From: Phoronis australis | Lineage: Eukaryota > Animalia > Phoronida | Direction: 5' to 3' | DNA: 64,000 bases | Assembly: GCA_002633005.1 (NCBI GenBank) | Contig: NMRA01000014.1 | Span: forward strand, 521,898 to 585,897 | Shown: piece by piece, positions 52,000 to 64,000 of the stretch | Numbering within the stretch: the stretch's first letter is position 1 | How the letters are laid out: each line of letters starts with the position of its first letter | Position numbers and translations under genes: made by a program | Notes under the pieces: generated by a model | Told to the model about the DNA's origin: nothing | The model's input: only the letters and a program-made list of their open reading frames with translations | Database searches by the model: none

Positions 52000-53571
52000 T
52001 CAGTGGTTCGTCTGCAGAGTGAATGTCGCTATATTGCGGTGCATCGGTTCCCGCTTGTCTGAACTATGAAGCTGCAAAGAAAGCGGGTGTATCGTTTTTG
52101 GACCTCCTCGAGAGCCCGAAATTCTAAGGAAGTGGCTGGCGGTAGTGAAGAATGAAAGGTATACTATTAATACCAAGTATGAGGCCGTAAAACATATCCG
52201 CGTGTCTGTGGCCGGCATTTCGTTGACAGTGATTTCTCTAACGAATTCCGGCTTACCAAAGAACTATCCATACGTTCCGTTGCCTATGCATGTTCACGGG
52301 ACTTCTCTACTATTTCTTGATCAATGTATTCCGGATAGAACTGATAGCCTGTGAAACCTAACGATCCGAACTGTGCAGTCTTCGTCGGATGAGCTCTTGA
52401 CTAAGTCGGTATTGGCGCCGGTCGAGTCGCCCGTTATTCTGCGTTCTGCTTCAAAATGATCTATTCTCATCCAAAAATGATTCTAACTAATGCTTACATG
52501 AAACTGAAACAAAGTATTTCTTATTAGATACAATTTGAAGTGCCTTGGTGATGAGATGGGGAGTGCACATGTTTTGAGGAGCCAGTAATGAGTAAACCAC
52601 TGCGTTGCCGGCTTTTGATGCCGGCAGCAAAGTAATTGACTGGGCACCGAGGCCGTGTGAGTGCATGCTGATTCAGTGTTTGCTGACAGAAAGCTGTTGC
52701 GAAACAAATACTCGATTTTATATGCTATTGTCAAATGTTAGGGGAATCTTTACTTAGAAATACAAATACATTATTCCAAATTTTTTTACTGTACAACCTT
52801 TGCCCAGAGGGTCTGTGGATGGGGAACCCGACTTCGCTGCCCCCGACAAGTAAGTAGATTTTCAGTTTCGTGGCAAATTCATATCAATAATTACGTGCAC
52901 ATTATTTTTTGGCTAACTATTATAATCTTTTTGTGACAGGAGGTTTAGTTTCCAACTCAAGCTGGTTATGTTCGTGCCAGGCGGACCTGATCGGGTTCCC
53001 AGCCACTGGCCGGGGATAACGAGTCAGTCCGGCCGCGACGGGCCTGTTCGGGTTCCGAGCCACTGGCCGGGAGAACAACCGTTTTGTGTGTTTAGAACTC
53101 GAAAAGTCACAAGTATATACAACACAGATCTAGGTTCTCTTGTCTGTATTTCACGGAAAAACATTTCATTCGAATTTATCTCCGAACAGACCCTACATCC
53201 TGCTACGGACCTTGTTAAATAGGCCTACCGAACATTGTACGTAGCGACGGTGAGTCCAAATACCAGTAAAGCCGTAACAACGAACTAAAGCAACACGTTT
53301 TTATAAGTACTCGGTGTATTTTTAAGGGTGTTGCATCGAAGTCGATGATTTATTGGTGTTAAACGATAAATTCAAGCGATAATCTGACACCACTAACCCG
53401 TGTTGTGAACTGCAGAACAGACTGCGTGTGAAACCAATTACGTCATTGGACAATTTCAACACCTCCGTCTCCTGTCAGGTGACAGGTAACGCAATGGAAC
53501 CTGCCGTTATCGAGTAGAACTACTCGATCTAATTTGATTCAAAATAGGTTGTTTTGGGGTGGTATTCTCCT
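52000..53571 (+). mobile_element. Kolobok-like family, copy 2 (left terminus missing)
   Basis: THAP relic from ATG 52023 (MSLYCGASVPACLNY...ILRKWLAVVKNERY...CGRHF). Reverse complement of 1-2014 minus the MITE. Ends GGGGTGGTATTCTCCT|TTAA. Confidence 0.8.
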
Positions 53572-54023
53572 TTAACACATGCAAATTTGTAACTCTGACC
53601 AAGATAATAGTACAGAAAGTTGTTCAGGCGCCTTTTTCTGGAGGGATTTTGGTCAAACGGGCAATCCCAAAAGGTAAAAATCAGAAGTCACGAGTTATGG
53701 GTGCAGCCAAAAGTGATTTCATCCTCAAACTTGGAGGAAGCGACCATGTCAATACAGGTCATTACGTAATAGGTTTGATTGGATCTGTTCGAGAGGGACC
53801 CCAATTCAAGGTTAAGTTGATGCGTGTGACTGGAAGTCTTCGATTAACCGGAAAAAGAGAAAGGAGGTCATAATCACAATGGAGGACACGTGTTTGCTGA
53901 CACAATCTGGTAAATAAGGGCCTGACACAGTCAACCACCCTTATTTTCTGAGGCTAAAAAGACGTTGGATACGCTGAAATGAGGTTGTGGAGTTCAACTG
54001 ATCGAGAGTGAGAACATGATACA

Positions 54024-56859
54024 TGTAGGATTCTATAATGTCATCCCGAATCAGCAACTTCTGATAAAATTTGTTAATTCTGTGTTTCTAAATTACATCT
54101 GCTGTAAAGAACGTTAAGAAGTGTTAAAAAGTAAAGTTCACAAAAGTGCAGAAGATGTTAGCTTAAGCAACGCAGCAAATTATTCAGTATCTAAATAAAC
54201 CAAGAGTGCAGATATTGACTGGCTTCTGCTATGTTGAAAGAAGGCCAAAAAAGCCAACAAATTGCAGTCTACGTACAAACTGTACCCCCAAGAGAAATAC
54301 AGCAACACAATGGAACTATTGCCTCTTAAATGAAAACGGTGCTTATTATCGTCGAAGAAAAAAATAAATCTCCATACAACATTATGTTACTACGTGATGC
54401 AGAAACAGTCATACAGGTATAGTGTACGTAACCCTTTTTGTAGTGTGCATACCACCATGTTTACAAATACCACAAAAAATTAATATATTATTTGGTAAGT
54501 GAGCAACATTGGTCACAAACAGTTTTGCTTCCTTACAATGTCGGGTTAAAATAATGTTCATTACAAATACATTTGTTTTGAGTGAAATGTTAGCATCTGT
54601 GTACTGTACCTACCTCTATATTTTAAGTTGCGCCCATATTTACAAAATGCTATACATTTTATTTGTTTTCTTTGAATAGATTTAGTCGAATGGGCATGTC
54701 ACAACACCATCGTCCTAGTCCCGGGGACAATTATGAGTCGCTTCTTTTTAGCCACCTGTGCGCCACTAGACATGATTTTAATACTAATGATGTCACTATC
54801 CTAGACTGTGAGGAAGACTGTTTCAGAAGGTGTGTAAAGGAAGCTCTCAATGATGGGCTGTTTAAGAATCAATTTGTCACAAGTATAGGGTGGTGTTCTG
54901 ACGTAAATGCGCGCCGTCTGGTCAAAACGGCAACAATTGGTTAAAAAAATACGTCACAATCCAAGCTGAAGTTCGTGAGATGCAGACGCAAAGTCGCTAG
55001 TTTTTGTAAGGTTTTTATTCCAGCATTACATTCAAAATTTATCTGAAATATTTCAAAGTTGATTATACTTTTTATGAACCGAGATGTCATTAAAATGTAG
55101 TGTAGGTAGTCCTGTGTAGTGTACGTACCTTCAACCTCTTTGCTATAAAATGTTGCTCACAATCATTTCACATACTGTCTCATGAACAATACTGATATTT
55201 CCAAAATGCATCCAGTTTGACAAAAATCAATGGACATTATAAAATTTGTGGGTAATATATTGCTAAACTGGACTTGGCCAGTGACATCCTAGAATTCATG
55301 TCATAAGACAACTGATGTTGCAGAGGGAGGTTATCTGTCCTAAAGACAATGTGGAGAAAACCAACAAGTAGTGACGGCACAAAACTCGTCGCCATTAAAT
55401 AAATCTGTAACATACTCAAAATTTGAAGTTGATTGACTCTGCGCACAATGTAATTACGTAGTAAACGTACCGCCCTACCAGTACCAGTTTTACTGTTTAC
55501 TTTGAACACTTGAGCTAGCATTGCTTTAATTAATTTTACCAACTGGCGAATGTTTGAAAACAAGGTAAACAGCACCAAGAAAATTTTTGAAAAAAAAAGT
55601 TTCTCATATTTTATCAGAATTTTTTGTAAGAGAAAAAATTCTGTACTGCATCATCATCTGAAACAACTTGATCAGCACCGACATGTTTTTTACTTTAGTA
55701 TGTGATACATCTTTAATTTCATAAAGTAGTTATTAAATTAATAGCTACGTTGTGAAATTTTGCAAGGCAGAAGTGGGCTGTGACAACAAGTTTTACTCTG
55801 CGTACCCTATTTTACAACTGCGATGCATCAGGCCACATAATGTTTTCTGGTGGTTCTTGTTCAAAATATTTTAGATTACAAACCTAAAATGGTGGCATTT
55901 TAAAATGACCCAAATTTTACAGGTTTTCATATCCTTCATTTTTCACCAATAGTGGCTACTCAATATTGACCTTGATTGTGATTTGCCCGTATTCCCTTTT
56001 GATCCCTTTCTCCCATCTGCTAACAACAGATGCCGCGTATACCTACATGTAGCCCGTGAAAGGCAATAGGCTAATAACGAGATATTGTAAGGGCCTAACT
56101 TAACAACAGATGTCGCGTATACCTAACCCGTGAAAGGTACTCAACAAATCAGGTGACATTCTAACCAATTAAGAGGAAAAGAAACCCCTTTCTTGTTTAA
56201 CCGTGTGCTAATAACATAGTGCAAATATTCTATTTGTTCGGATAACATAATCTGTACCAAAAGTAATTTTAGTAAATTTCTGTTCTCCTGAACATAATTT
56301 TCTAATGACCAATGGTGACAACGTCATCGAACACTTGGCTTTCGGTTGAAAGTAATTGAATGCACTGCTCTTTTACAAAAAGGTTAACATGGTGTTATCA
56401 CCGCCTAAGCGAAATCTTTGTTTCGGGTAGAGCTACTCTTCGCAAATTGTAACACTTTGAGATACCTCGCCTTCTCGATGGCATTTCTCTGAATTTGTAC
56501 TTATTTGCAGCTATTATGAAGTTCACCGTCGCCCACCCTCAAATATACATGGGCAGCCCACTCATGAAAAAGTTGGCTTTACCCCCCCCAAATCGCCCTG
56601 TGTTACACAACGTATAGACAATGGGCGACGCAGCACTGAAAAAAGTGAGAGCCAATAGCCCCCTAGACTCCTATGGTGCGCCGCCCGTGTCGGAAGTGTT
56701 GTTGTCTCCAGTGTCTGTTCGTTGAAACCGGAGATGTTTTCCCTCTTGAAAGCTTCTCGTATGTTTAGTTAAATCACATCGTGTACACAAATACCGGCTA
56801 TGGTCATGTACACTGAGTCTGTGTGTCAGCAGTATTCATAGTCCGGTCTGTCGACAAAA
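54024..56859 (+). repeat. Long direct repeat, copy A (~2.8 kb)
   Basis: Collinear with 59946-62911 from TGTAGGATT..TGTCATCCCGAATCAGCAACTT to GCAGTATTCATAGTCCGG.CTGTCGACAAAA. Confidence 0.95.
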
Positions 56860-57049
56860 CTTAAGGATTCATAACTGAAGAACAGTCGACCTTTGCATTG
56901 GATATTGCCTTCTTCCGACTCGTGTTTTGAGCATGTCCTCGGCAGAGTGAACGACGACTTGGATTTTTACCATATAGCCGTACAGAATCAGAGGTCATAT
57001 TAGCAGGTCGAACCTGAAAATGTTGAAATTCTGCCTTAGATTATTTTTG

Positions 57050-58560
57050 ATCACTGGAAGATTTGAGTTTGATGATCAAGCGCAACAATAACATTACGTG
57101 ATTAACAACAGATCAATTTAAGTTTCTCGACTTGGAGACAGGATGTACGTTGTAGCTGTACATAGTTTTTGAACATGCATGTCACGCCCGAAGAAAAACG
57201 TTTTTTTTTCGTTACGAAAACGTGGATAACTTGGTTTAAGTAGAGGAAATGGCTCTACCACCTCAAGAGCCTTTCTAATGTAGTTTGAAAGGGGAGGCAA
57301 TGAGTGACGACGGTCGATGTTGCCATGTCTCTTAAGGCATGGAAAGACAAAAGCAGGGTTCGTCTGAAGAATAGTTTTGATGTGGTAGAATATCATAGAC
57401 ACCGGACCATTGCGGTCTACAAGGGAAATGGCGCCGAGCTGTTCTATGATGGAATCAGCGTGCCCGAACTGATCATGACGATTCTCTTCAAATCATCGGT
57501 AACAAATTATTTGAGTAAAAACACAAAGACTTGTAAGATACGTGTACTTTGAAACACAATATCGTGAGAGGTCCCAGTTTTCTTTCCGCCGGAAACATTT
57601 GGAAAAAGCCAAAGATGGTGTCAAACATCCTGCGTTAGGATGTAAATGGTCTTCATCTTCGCAACTCGATGAACGAGCAACCAAGCCCATCAGTTATTTG
57701 TCGTGGACAAGAAAAAAATCCAACTAGACCTTTATTCTCACCCTAAGGCACGGAGTGAAATTACTTGCTTAGATTACATAGCATGGCTACGAGGAATCAG
57801 ACGAGTATTCATGACTTATTATATGGGGTTGAAAAAAGATTTCGAAAGCGTCGTATTCCAGGGTACGGTTTCTGTCGTTAGTGTCACGACATGTTCCAAT
57901 TCCAAGTATGTTACTGTCACGGTCATGGCTGTAGTCCCACGAGAAAAACACGACGAAACTGCTAAGATGAGGCATTAAATCCGAAACGTCACCTTAAGTG
58001 AGCTTTTGGAGAAAAACAGAAAGATTAGAAATACGTCATCGATCAAGGTTCTTTTCTCAAAGAGCGAGGGTTAAACACGGAATTTTTCTACAGCTTGACA
58101 ATAATATATATATAACGACATTCGTTGTAGAAAGTACTGTGTTTGGGAATGTGGAATATGACATGGAATTCCCAAGGTATCGGAAATGCAAACTAAACTC
58201 AAGAATCTAGACATGAGCAGAGACGATATAGTAGACTTGATAAGGGAGTATGCAGAGAAAAACTAAAACATAAAATGACGATTTCTGGTAGGAATGCTCT
58301 TCGGTGGGAAAATTCTAGCAATCTCACTTCTAAAATCATACAAGGAAGACGGCCTGGAAATAACAAACATCTACCAAGAGGTCAAATTCGCTCAAGTAAA
58401 GTGTTTCGATGGTTCACTTGAGGAAATCTGCGACACTAGGCTTGGAGGGGACAAAGACAAAAACAATACTACTGTAGCGTAGACTAAGAAGATTATAGGT
58501 AATAGTGCGTATGGTAAGACGGTGTCAGATCAAGAAAGTCATCGTGAAGTCACGAGGCTA
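57050..58560 (+). pseudogene. Polinton/Maverick- or adintovirus-type protein-primed family B DNA polymerase, decayed
   Basis: Ordered motifs IKRNNN...FKFLD, LPPQEPF..SLK, DGISVPEL...LFK, KNLDMSRDDI..L.REYAEK, FGGKIL...LL..Y...GLEITNIYQ, R..GD.D, and polymerase motif B KIIGNSAYGKT (~58490-58520). Many stops and frameshifts; the C-terminal DTD motif is absent. Confidence 0.85.
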
Positions 58561-59945
58561 AGGCTTAACGGGAGGTCCAGTTCTAGTAAATTAGAAATGT
58601 CAACTATATCGGGGACAGAATACACAAATACGAGATGAGAAAGCAGACCATCCACCCTATGGTATATCAAAGTGTTACAGTTGAGAGGGTAACTAGGCTC
58701 GGGGTTTCGGTTAGGCGGCGTTAGCACAATGTGTACCTATCTGCAAGACAGATGCTCATTGATCTACTTTTATCACAAAAGACAAGTGCTCGACAACGGT
58801 GGCACCAATGCACCTTTGAAAATTAAATCCGGGGGAATTGCATATTGAATGAAATTACAACTTGAACAGATAATGGTGTCTGAACGCCATGAGTATTTTT
58901 GCAGTTTAAAACAATATACTGTGTTATAAATACACGGCCTTTCACGGGTTAGGTATACGCAACATTTGATAGATGCCAGAGATAACACAGGGGAATAACT
59001 TAAATAATGACCACGAGGACACGTGGTGCTCTCAAAATAAGGTAATCAACATTTTGTTCTTATTCAATACTCAGAATAAAGGAATCCCTATTTTGTTCCC
59101 GTTCTCGATCAGTTGAACCTTACGACCTCATTTGAACGTTTTCAACGTTTTTAGTGGTAGAATATCCGTTTGATGGATGGTGCTCACCCTAATCTACCTG
59201 ATGTCAGAATTCACGTGACTTCCGATTCAATTAAGACCTCGTTTGTATTTCCTTTCTGCTTACCGACGACGTCAGTTTAAAAGCGTGAAGTTGGACTCTC
59301 TCCGACAGTTGCAGTTAAATCTATCACGTAATGACCTCATTGTGACGTCATTATCACTTCCTTCCCGTTTGCGGATGATATTACCCGTCATGCGTAGACT
59401 TTGACCTTTAGCTTTTGGACTATGATCTTTGACCGAGATCCCTCCCTCGCAGGCAGCCTAAACAGCTTATTATTGTACTAAAAATCTTCTGCAACATGTT
59501 CCGTAGTGCTAACAAGTCAAAGAATTAGCCAAAACATAACAACATCTGGCTTGCCAGTAACCAGCTCTTCGAGGAGCCAGACGACGGGGACAAAGATGAG
59601 GACAACCCCCGTGAATCAAGGTGGTGGCAGTTCTCCTTCTTCGCCTTTAGCTTATTTGGTTACGAGAACACCTGGTATCGTATCCGCTCCTCCTACTTCT
59701 GGATTTGCAAGCGGAAACACGCCAACTATCACCACCGCCGCTCGTAAGTGCTTACACAAAGAGAAGGCCTTTGTTAGAGATTACCTTAGTAGGATCCTGA
59801 AATTTCAAATTTAGCTAGCTTCGGAACATGCTATCTCTAAAACGGGTGATTAGATTCATACCAAATTTCTCACTGGTTCCCTTCGTGTCCACTATATGAA
59901 AGAAGATACGCAGGTATCATTCAGCGATAGGCGTTTTATCACCGG

Positions 59946-62911
59946 TGTAGGATTATATACTGTCATCCCGAATCAGCAACTTGTTATGAAATTTGTTAAT
60001 TCTGTGTTTCTAAATTACATCTGCTGTAAAGAATGTTAAAAAGTGTTAAAAAGTAAAGTTCACGAAACTGCAGAAGATGTTAGCTTAAGCAACCCAGTAA
60101 ATTATTCAGTATCTAGATAAACCAAGAGTGCAGATATTGACTGGCTTCTGCTATGTTGAAAGAAGGCCAAAAAAGCGAACAAATTGCAGTGTACGTACAA
60201 ACTGTACCCCCGAGAGAAATACAGCAACACAATGAAACTATTGCCTCTTAAATGAAAACGGTGCTTATTATCGTCGAAGAAAAAAATAAATCTCCATACA
60301 ACATTATGTTACTACGTGATGCAGAAGCAGTCATACAGGTATAGTGTACGTAACCCTTTTTGTAGTGTGCATACCACCATTTTTACAAATAACACGAAAA
60401 ATTAATATATTATTTGGTAAGTGAGCAACATTGGTCACAAACAGTTTGCTTCCTTACAATGTCGGGTTAAAATGATGTTCATTACAAATACATTTGTTTT
60501 GAGTGAAATGTTAGCATTTGTGTACTGTACGTACCTCTATATTTTAAGTTGCGCCCATATTTACAAAATGCTTTACATTTTATTTGTTTTCTTTGAATAG
60601 ATTTAGTCAAATGGGCATGTCACAACACCATCGTCCTAGTCCCGGGCACAATTATGAGTCGTTCTTTTTAGCCACCTGTGCGCCAGTAGACATGATTTCA
60701 ATACCGATGATGTGACTATCCTAGACTGTGAGGAAGACAGGTTCAGAAGGGGTGTAAAGGAACCTCTCCATAAGCGCATTGAGATTCCCTCTTTAAATAA
60801 AATGGGCTGTTTAAGAACCAATTTTTTCTCATGTATGGGATGGTGTTCTGACGTCAATGCCGTGCCGTCTGGTCAAAACGGCACCAACTGTTTAGAAAAA
60901 AGATTACTTCACAATCCAAGCTCAGGTCCGTGAGATGCAGACACAAAGTCGCTAATTTTTGTAAGTTTTTTTATTCCAACATTAGATTAAAATTTTTTCA
61001 CAAGTATGGGACGGTGTTCTGACGTCAATGCCGCGCCGTCTGTTCTGTAAGTTTTTTATTCTAGCATTAGATTCAAAATTTATCTGAACTATTTGGAAGT
61101 ACATCATACTTTTTGTGAACCTGACATGTCATTAAAATGTAGTGTACGTAGTCCTGTGTAGTGTAGGTACCTTCAACCTGCGTGCTATAAAATGTTGGTC
61201 ACAAGAATTTCACATACTGTCTGATGAACAATACTGATATTTCCTAAATGCACCCAGTTTGACAAAAATCAATGGACACTATCAAATTTGTGGGTAATAG
61301 ATTGCCACACAGGACTTGTCCATTGACATCCTGGAAGACATGTCATAAGACATCTGATGTTGCAGAGGGAAGTTATCTGTCCTAAAGACAACATGCTGAA
61401 CACCAACACGTAGTGACAGCACAAAACTTGTGGCATACCATAAATCTGTAACTTAGTCAAAATTTGAAGTTGATTGACTCCGCTCACAATGTAATTACAT
61501 GTACGTAGTAACCGTACCCCCGACCAGTACCATGTTTACCGTTTACATTTGAACACTTGAGCTAGCATTGCTTTAATTTGACTTGCTGGTGAATGTATTT
61601 GAAACTAGGAAAAACAACACCAATAAAATTTTGAAGAAGTAGTTTCTGATCATTTTTATCAGAATCTTTTTGTAAGATAAAACCTTCTCATTATATTGTG
61701 TTAAGGTATGTACTGCATCATCTTCTGAAACAACCTGATTAGCACCGAAATGTTTTTTGTTTACTTTAGCATGTGATACTTCTTTAATTTCATGAAGAAG
61801 TTATTAAATCAATAGCTACCTTGTGAAGTTTTGCATGGCAGAAGTGGGCTGTGACAACAAGTTATAGTCTGCATACCCTATCTTACAACTGCGATGCATC
61901 AGGCCAGAAAATGTTTTCTGGTGGTTCTTGTACAAATTATTTTAGATTACAAACCTGAAATGATGCCATTTTAAAATAAGCCAACTTTTACAGGATTTCA
62001 TATCCTTCATTTTTACCAAATGTGGCCACTGAATAGTGACCTTGATTGCGATTTGCCCTTATTCCGTTTTGATCCCTCTCACTCATCCCGTAACAACAAA
62101 TGCGGCGTATACCTAACTCGTGAAATGCAATTGGCTAATAAGGAGATATAGTAACCGCGTAAATGTAACTTAACAACAGATGTCGCGTATACCTAGCCCG
62201 TGAAAGCTACTCAACAAATCAGGAGATGTTCTAACCACTTAAGATAAAAAGAAACCATTTTCTTGTTTAACCGTGTGGAAATATTCCATGTGTTCAGATA
62301 TCATTATCTCTGCAAATGGTGATTTTAGTGAATGTCTGATCTCCTGAACTTAATTTTCTAATGACCAATGGTGACACCGTCATCGAACACTTGTCAATCG
62401 GATTAAAGTAGGTGAATGCACAGCTCTCCTTCAAATAGGAATACATGGTGTTATCACCGCCTAATCGAAATCTTTGTTTCGGCCCGAGCTATGCGGTTTG
62501 TAACACTTTGAGATACCTCGCCTTCTCGATGGCATTTCTCTGCCTTTGTACTCATTTGCAGCTAAAATGAAATTTACCGTCGCGCACGCCCACATAAACA
62601 TGGGCAGCCCAGTACGGAAAAAGTGGAGCTATAGCCCCCCAATCCCCCTGTGATACAAAACACATAGACAATGGGCGACGAAGCACTGAAAAAAGTGAGG
62701 GGCTATAGCCCCCAGCCTCCTATGGTGCGCCGCTCGTGTGGCAAGTCTCGTTGTCTCCCGTGTCTGTTCGTGCAAACCAGAGATGTTTTCCCTCCCGAAA
62801 GCTTCTCGTATATATAGTTAAATCACATCGTGTACAAAAATACCGCCTATGGCCATATACACTCTGTCTGTGTCTGTCTCGCAGTATTCATAGTCCGGGC
62901 TGTCGACAAAA
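59946..62911 (+). repeat. Long direct repeat, copy B (~3.0 kb)
   Basis: See copy A. It carries a few extra insertions, including a local duplication at ~60995-61075. Confidence 0.95.
60610..60815 (+). mobile_element. Penelope-like GIY-YIG relic (shorter paralogue at 54690-54870)
   Basis: SHLCASRHDFNTDDVTILDCEEDRFRRGVKEPLHKRIEIPSLNKMGCLR matches V.ILD.E...F.RGVKEA......PSLN..G.LR. Confidence 0.75.
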
Positions 62912-64000
62912 ATTTACACGATGTCGTAGTAAAACTGTTAAACATAAAAGCCTACAAGAAGTCGCATTTTCAGACGGAAAGTCTTTTTTCATCACCAATT
63001 CGAAATTGTCCCGTCCCCGCAACGAAGGTGGGTGCTTCCGTTTGTGAACCAAGTCCGTGAGCTTTGCTAGATAAAGATGTACACCAAAAACCCCAACTTA
63101 CAGCTTTTCGGTTGCAAAAGGTATTATCACTTTCACATAGGCTCCCACATGGTTATTGCGAAGGAGGAATTTCGTCTTCTTGAGGAAATTGTTTTTTCAC
63201 TCATATCAATATCTCGTTACATAGACTGGGCCTATTGCGTATAGCCTATAACAGCCAACGTCCAGTGAATTACTTGAACGTTAACTTTGATTAAGTCATT
63301 GAAGATTTAACCAAGCCACTCAATGTTGAGAAAACAGATGTGACGTATTTTCAGAGGGGCTTAATCAATTACATGTTTAGGTATTTTAACAAAAAACACG
63401 TTAAATTATAATCAAGCTGTTGCTGGGTACCCTCCTTTCAAAATATAACTTTTGATATTGATTTCTTACCTCTATGGCATTCATTTCAAATTGTCTCGTA
63501 CTTAAGTTGGAAGAACTGAAGGTTTTTATTGTATGAAACTAGACTTAACACGCGATTTTTTGAGGAATAATGCCTTGACAATCCACCGGCCACGTATGAT
63601 CTGAATGTATAACAAGTAAAGATCAGTTATAAATGCCAGTGTCTTGAATCAAATATTAGCAATTTAACAGAAGGTGGGTTTACGTGCAGTTTTGACAACT
63701 AAATAAAGCTGCTTTTACTAGGCCACACTGATTAAGGGAGAACTAATTTATTGTTATATAACTTTATTTAAAACTGTGCGCGGGTGCCGATAAAATGCCA
63801 GCCTGTAGATTTCGGGCATGATCGGGCTTCGACATCATGACCGTTGGTTCGAGAATTTTAAATCACTATAGTGTAAGGATTTTAATCCATATTGCACTCG
63901 GTTGAAGTGGTTTCCCTGAAATTTTTGCGATGAGAAGTGTGACTGTCTTAGTGAACTTACGTGGTTCAACCTTCATGTTCAGTATATTTAACTGAGAATC

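Noticed and set aside
54024-62911. Interpretation as a giant LTR retrotransposon
   Set aside because: No PBS, PPT, TSD or gag/pol sequence in the spacer; kept only as a direct-repeat finding.

Overview
AT-rich, intron- and repeat-rich animal DNA, most likely from an invertebrate; it is not prokaryotic, and most ORFs in the supplied track are noise. The only intact host gene I can support is the 3' half of a + strand transmembrane semaphorin (exons from about 3029 to 23870). It encodes the Sema domain C-terminus, a PSI domain, apparently a single thrombospondin type-1 repeat (exon 18170-18352, absent from the ORF track), a TM helix and a ~210-aa tail whose first half looks helical. Everything else is layered, decayed mobile DNA: a Kolobok-like THAP/KolX family in three copies, two further THAP relics, a split relic of a large uncharacterised element, two Gypsy relics (one SCAN-gag type with LTR and tRNA-Pro-like PBS), a DIRS-type tyrosine recombinase, an RTE-type LINE endonuclease, Penelope GIY-YIG pieces, SINEs and nested MITE/foldback elements. 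A Polinton/adintovirus-type protein-primed DNA polymerase B pseudogene lies between two ~2.9-kb direct repeats. Family assignments come from motif recognition by eye, not from database searches.
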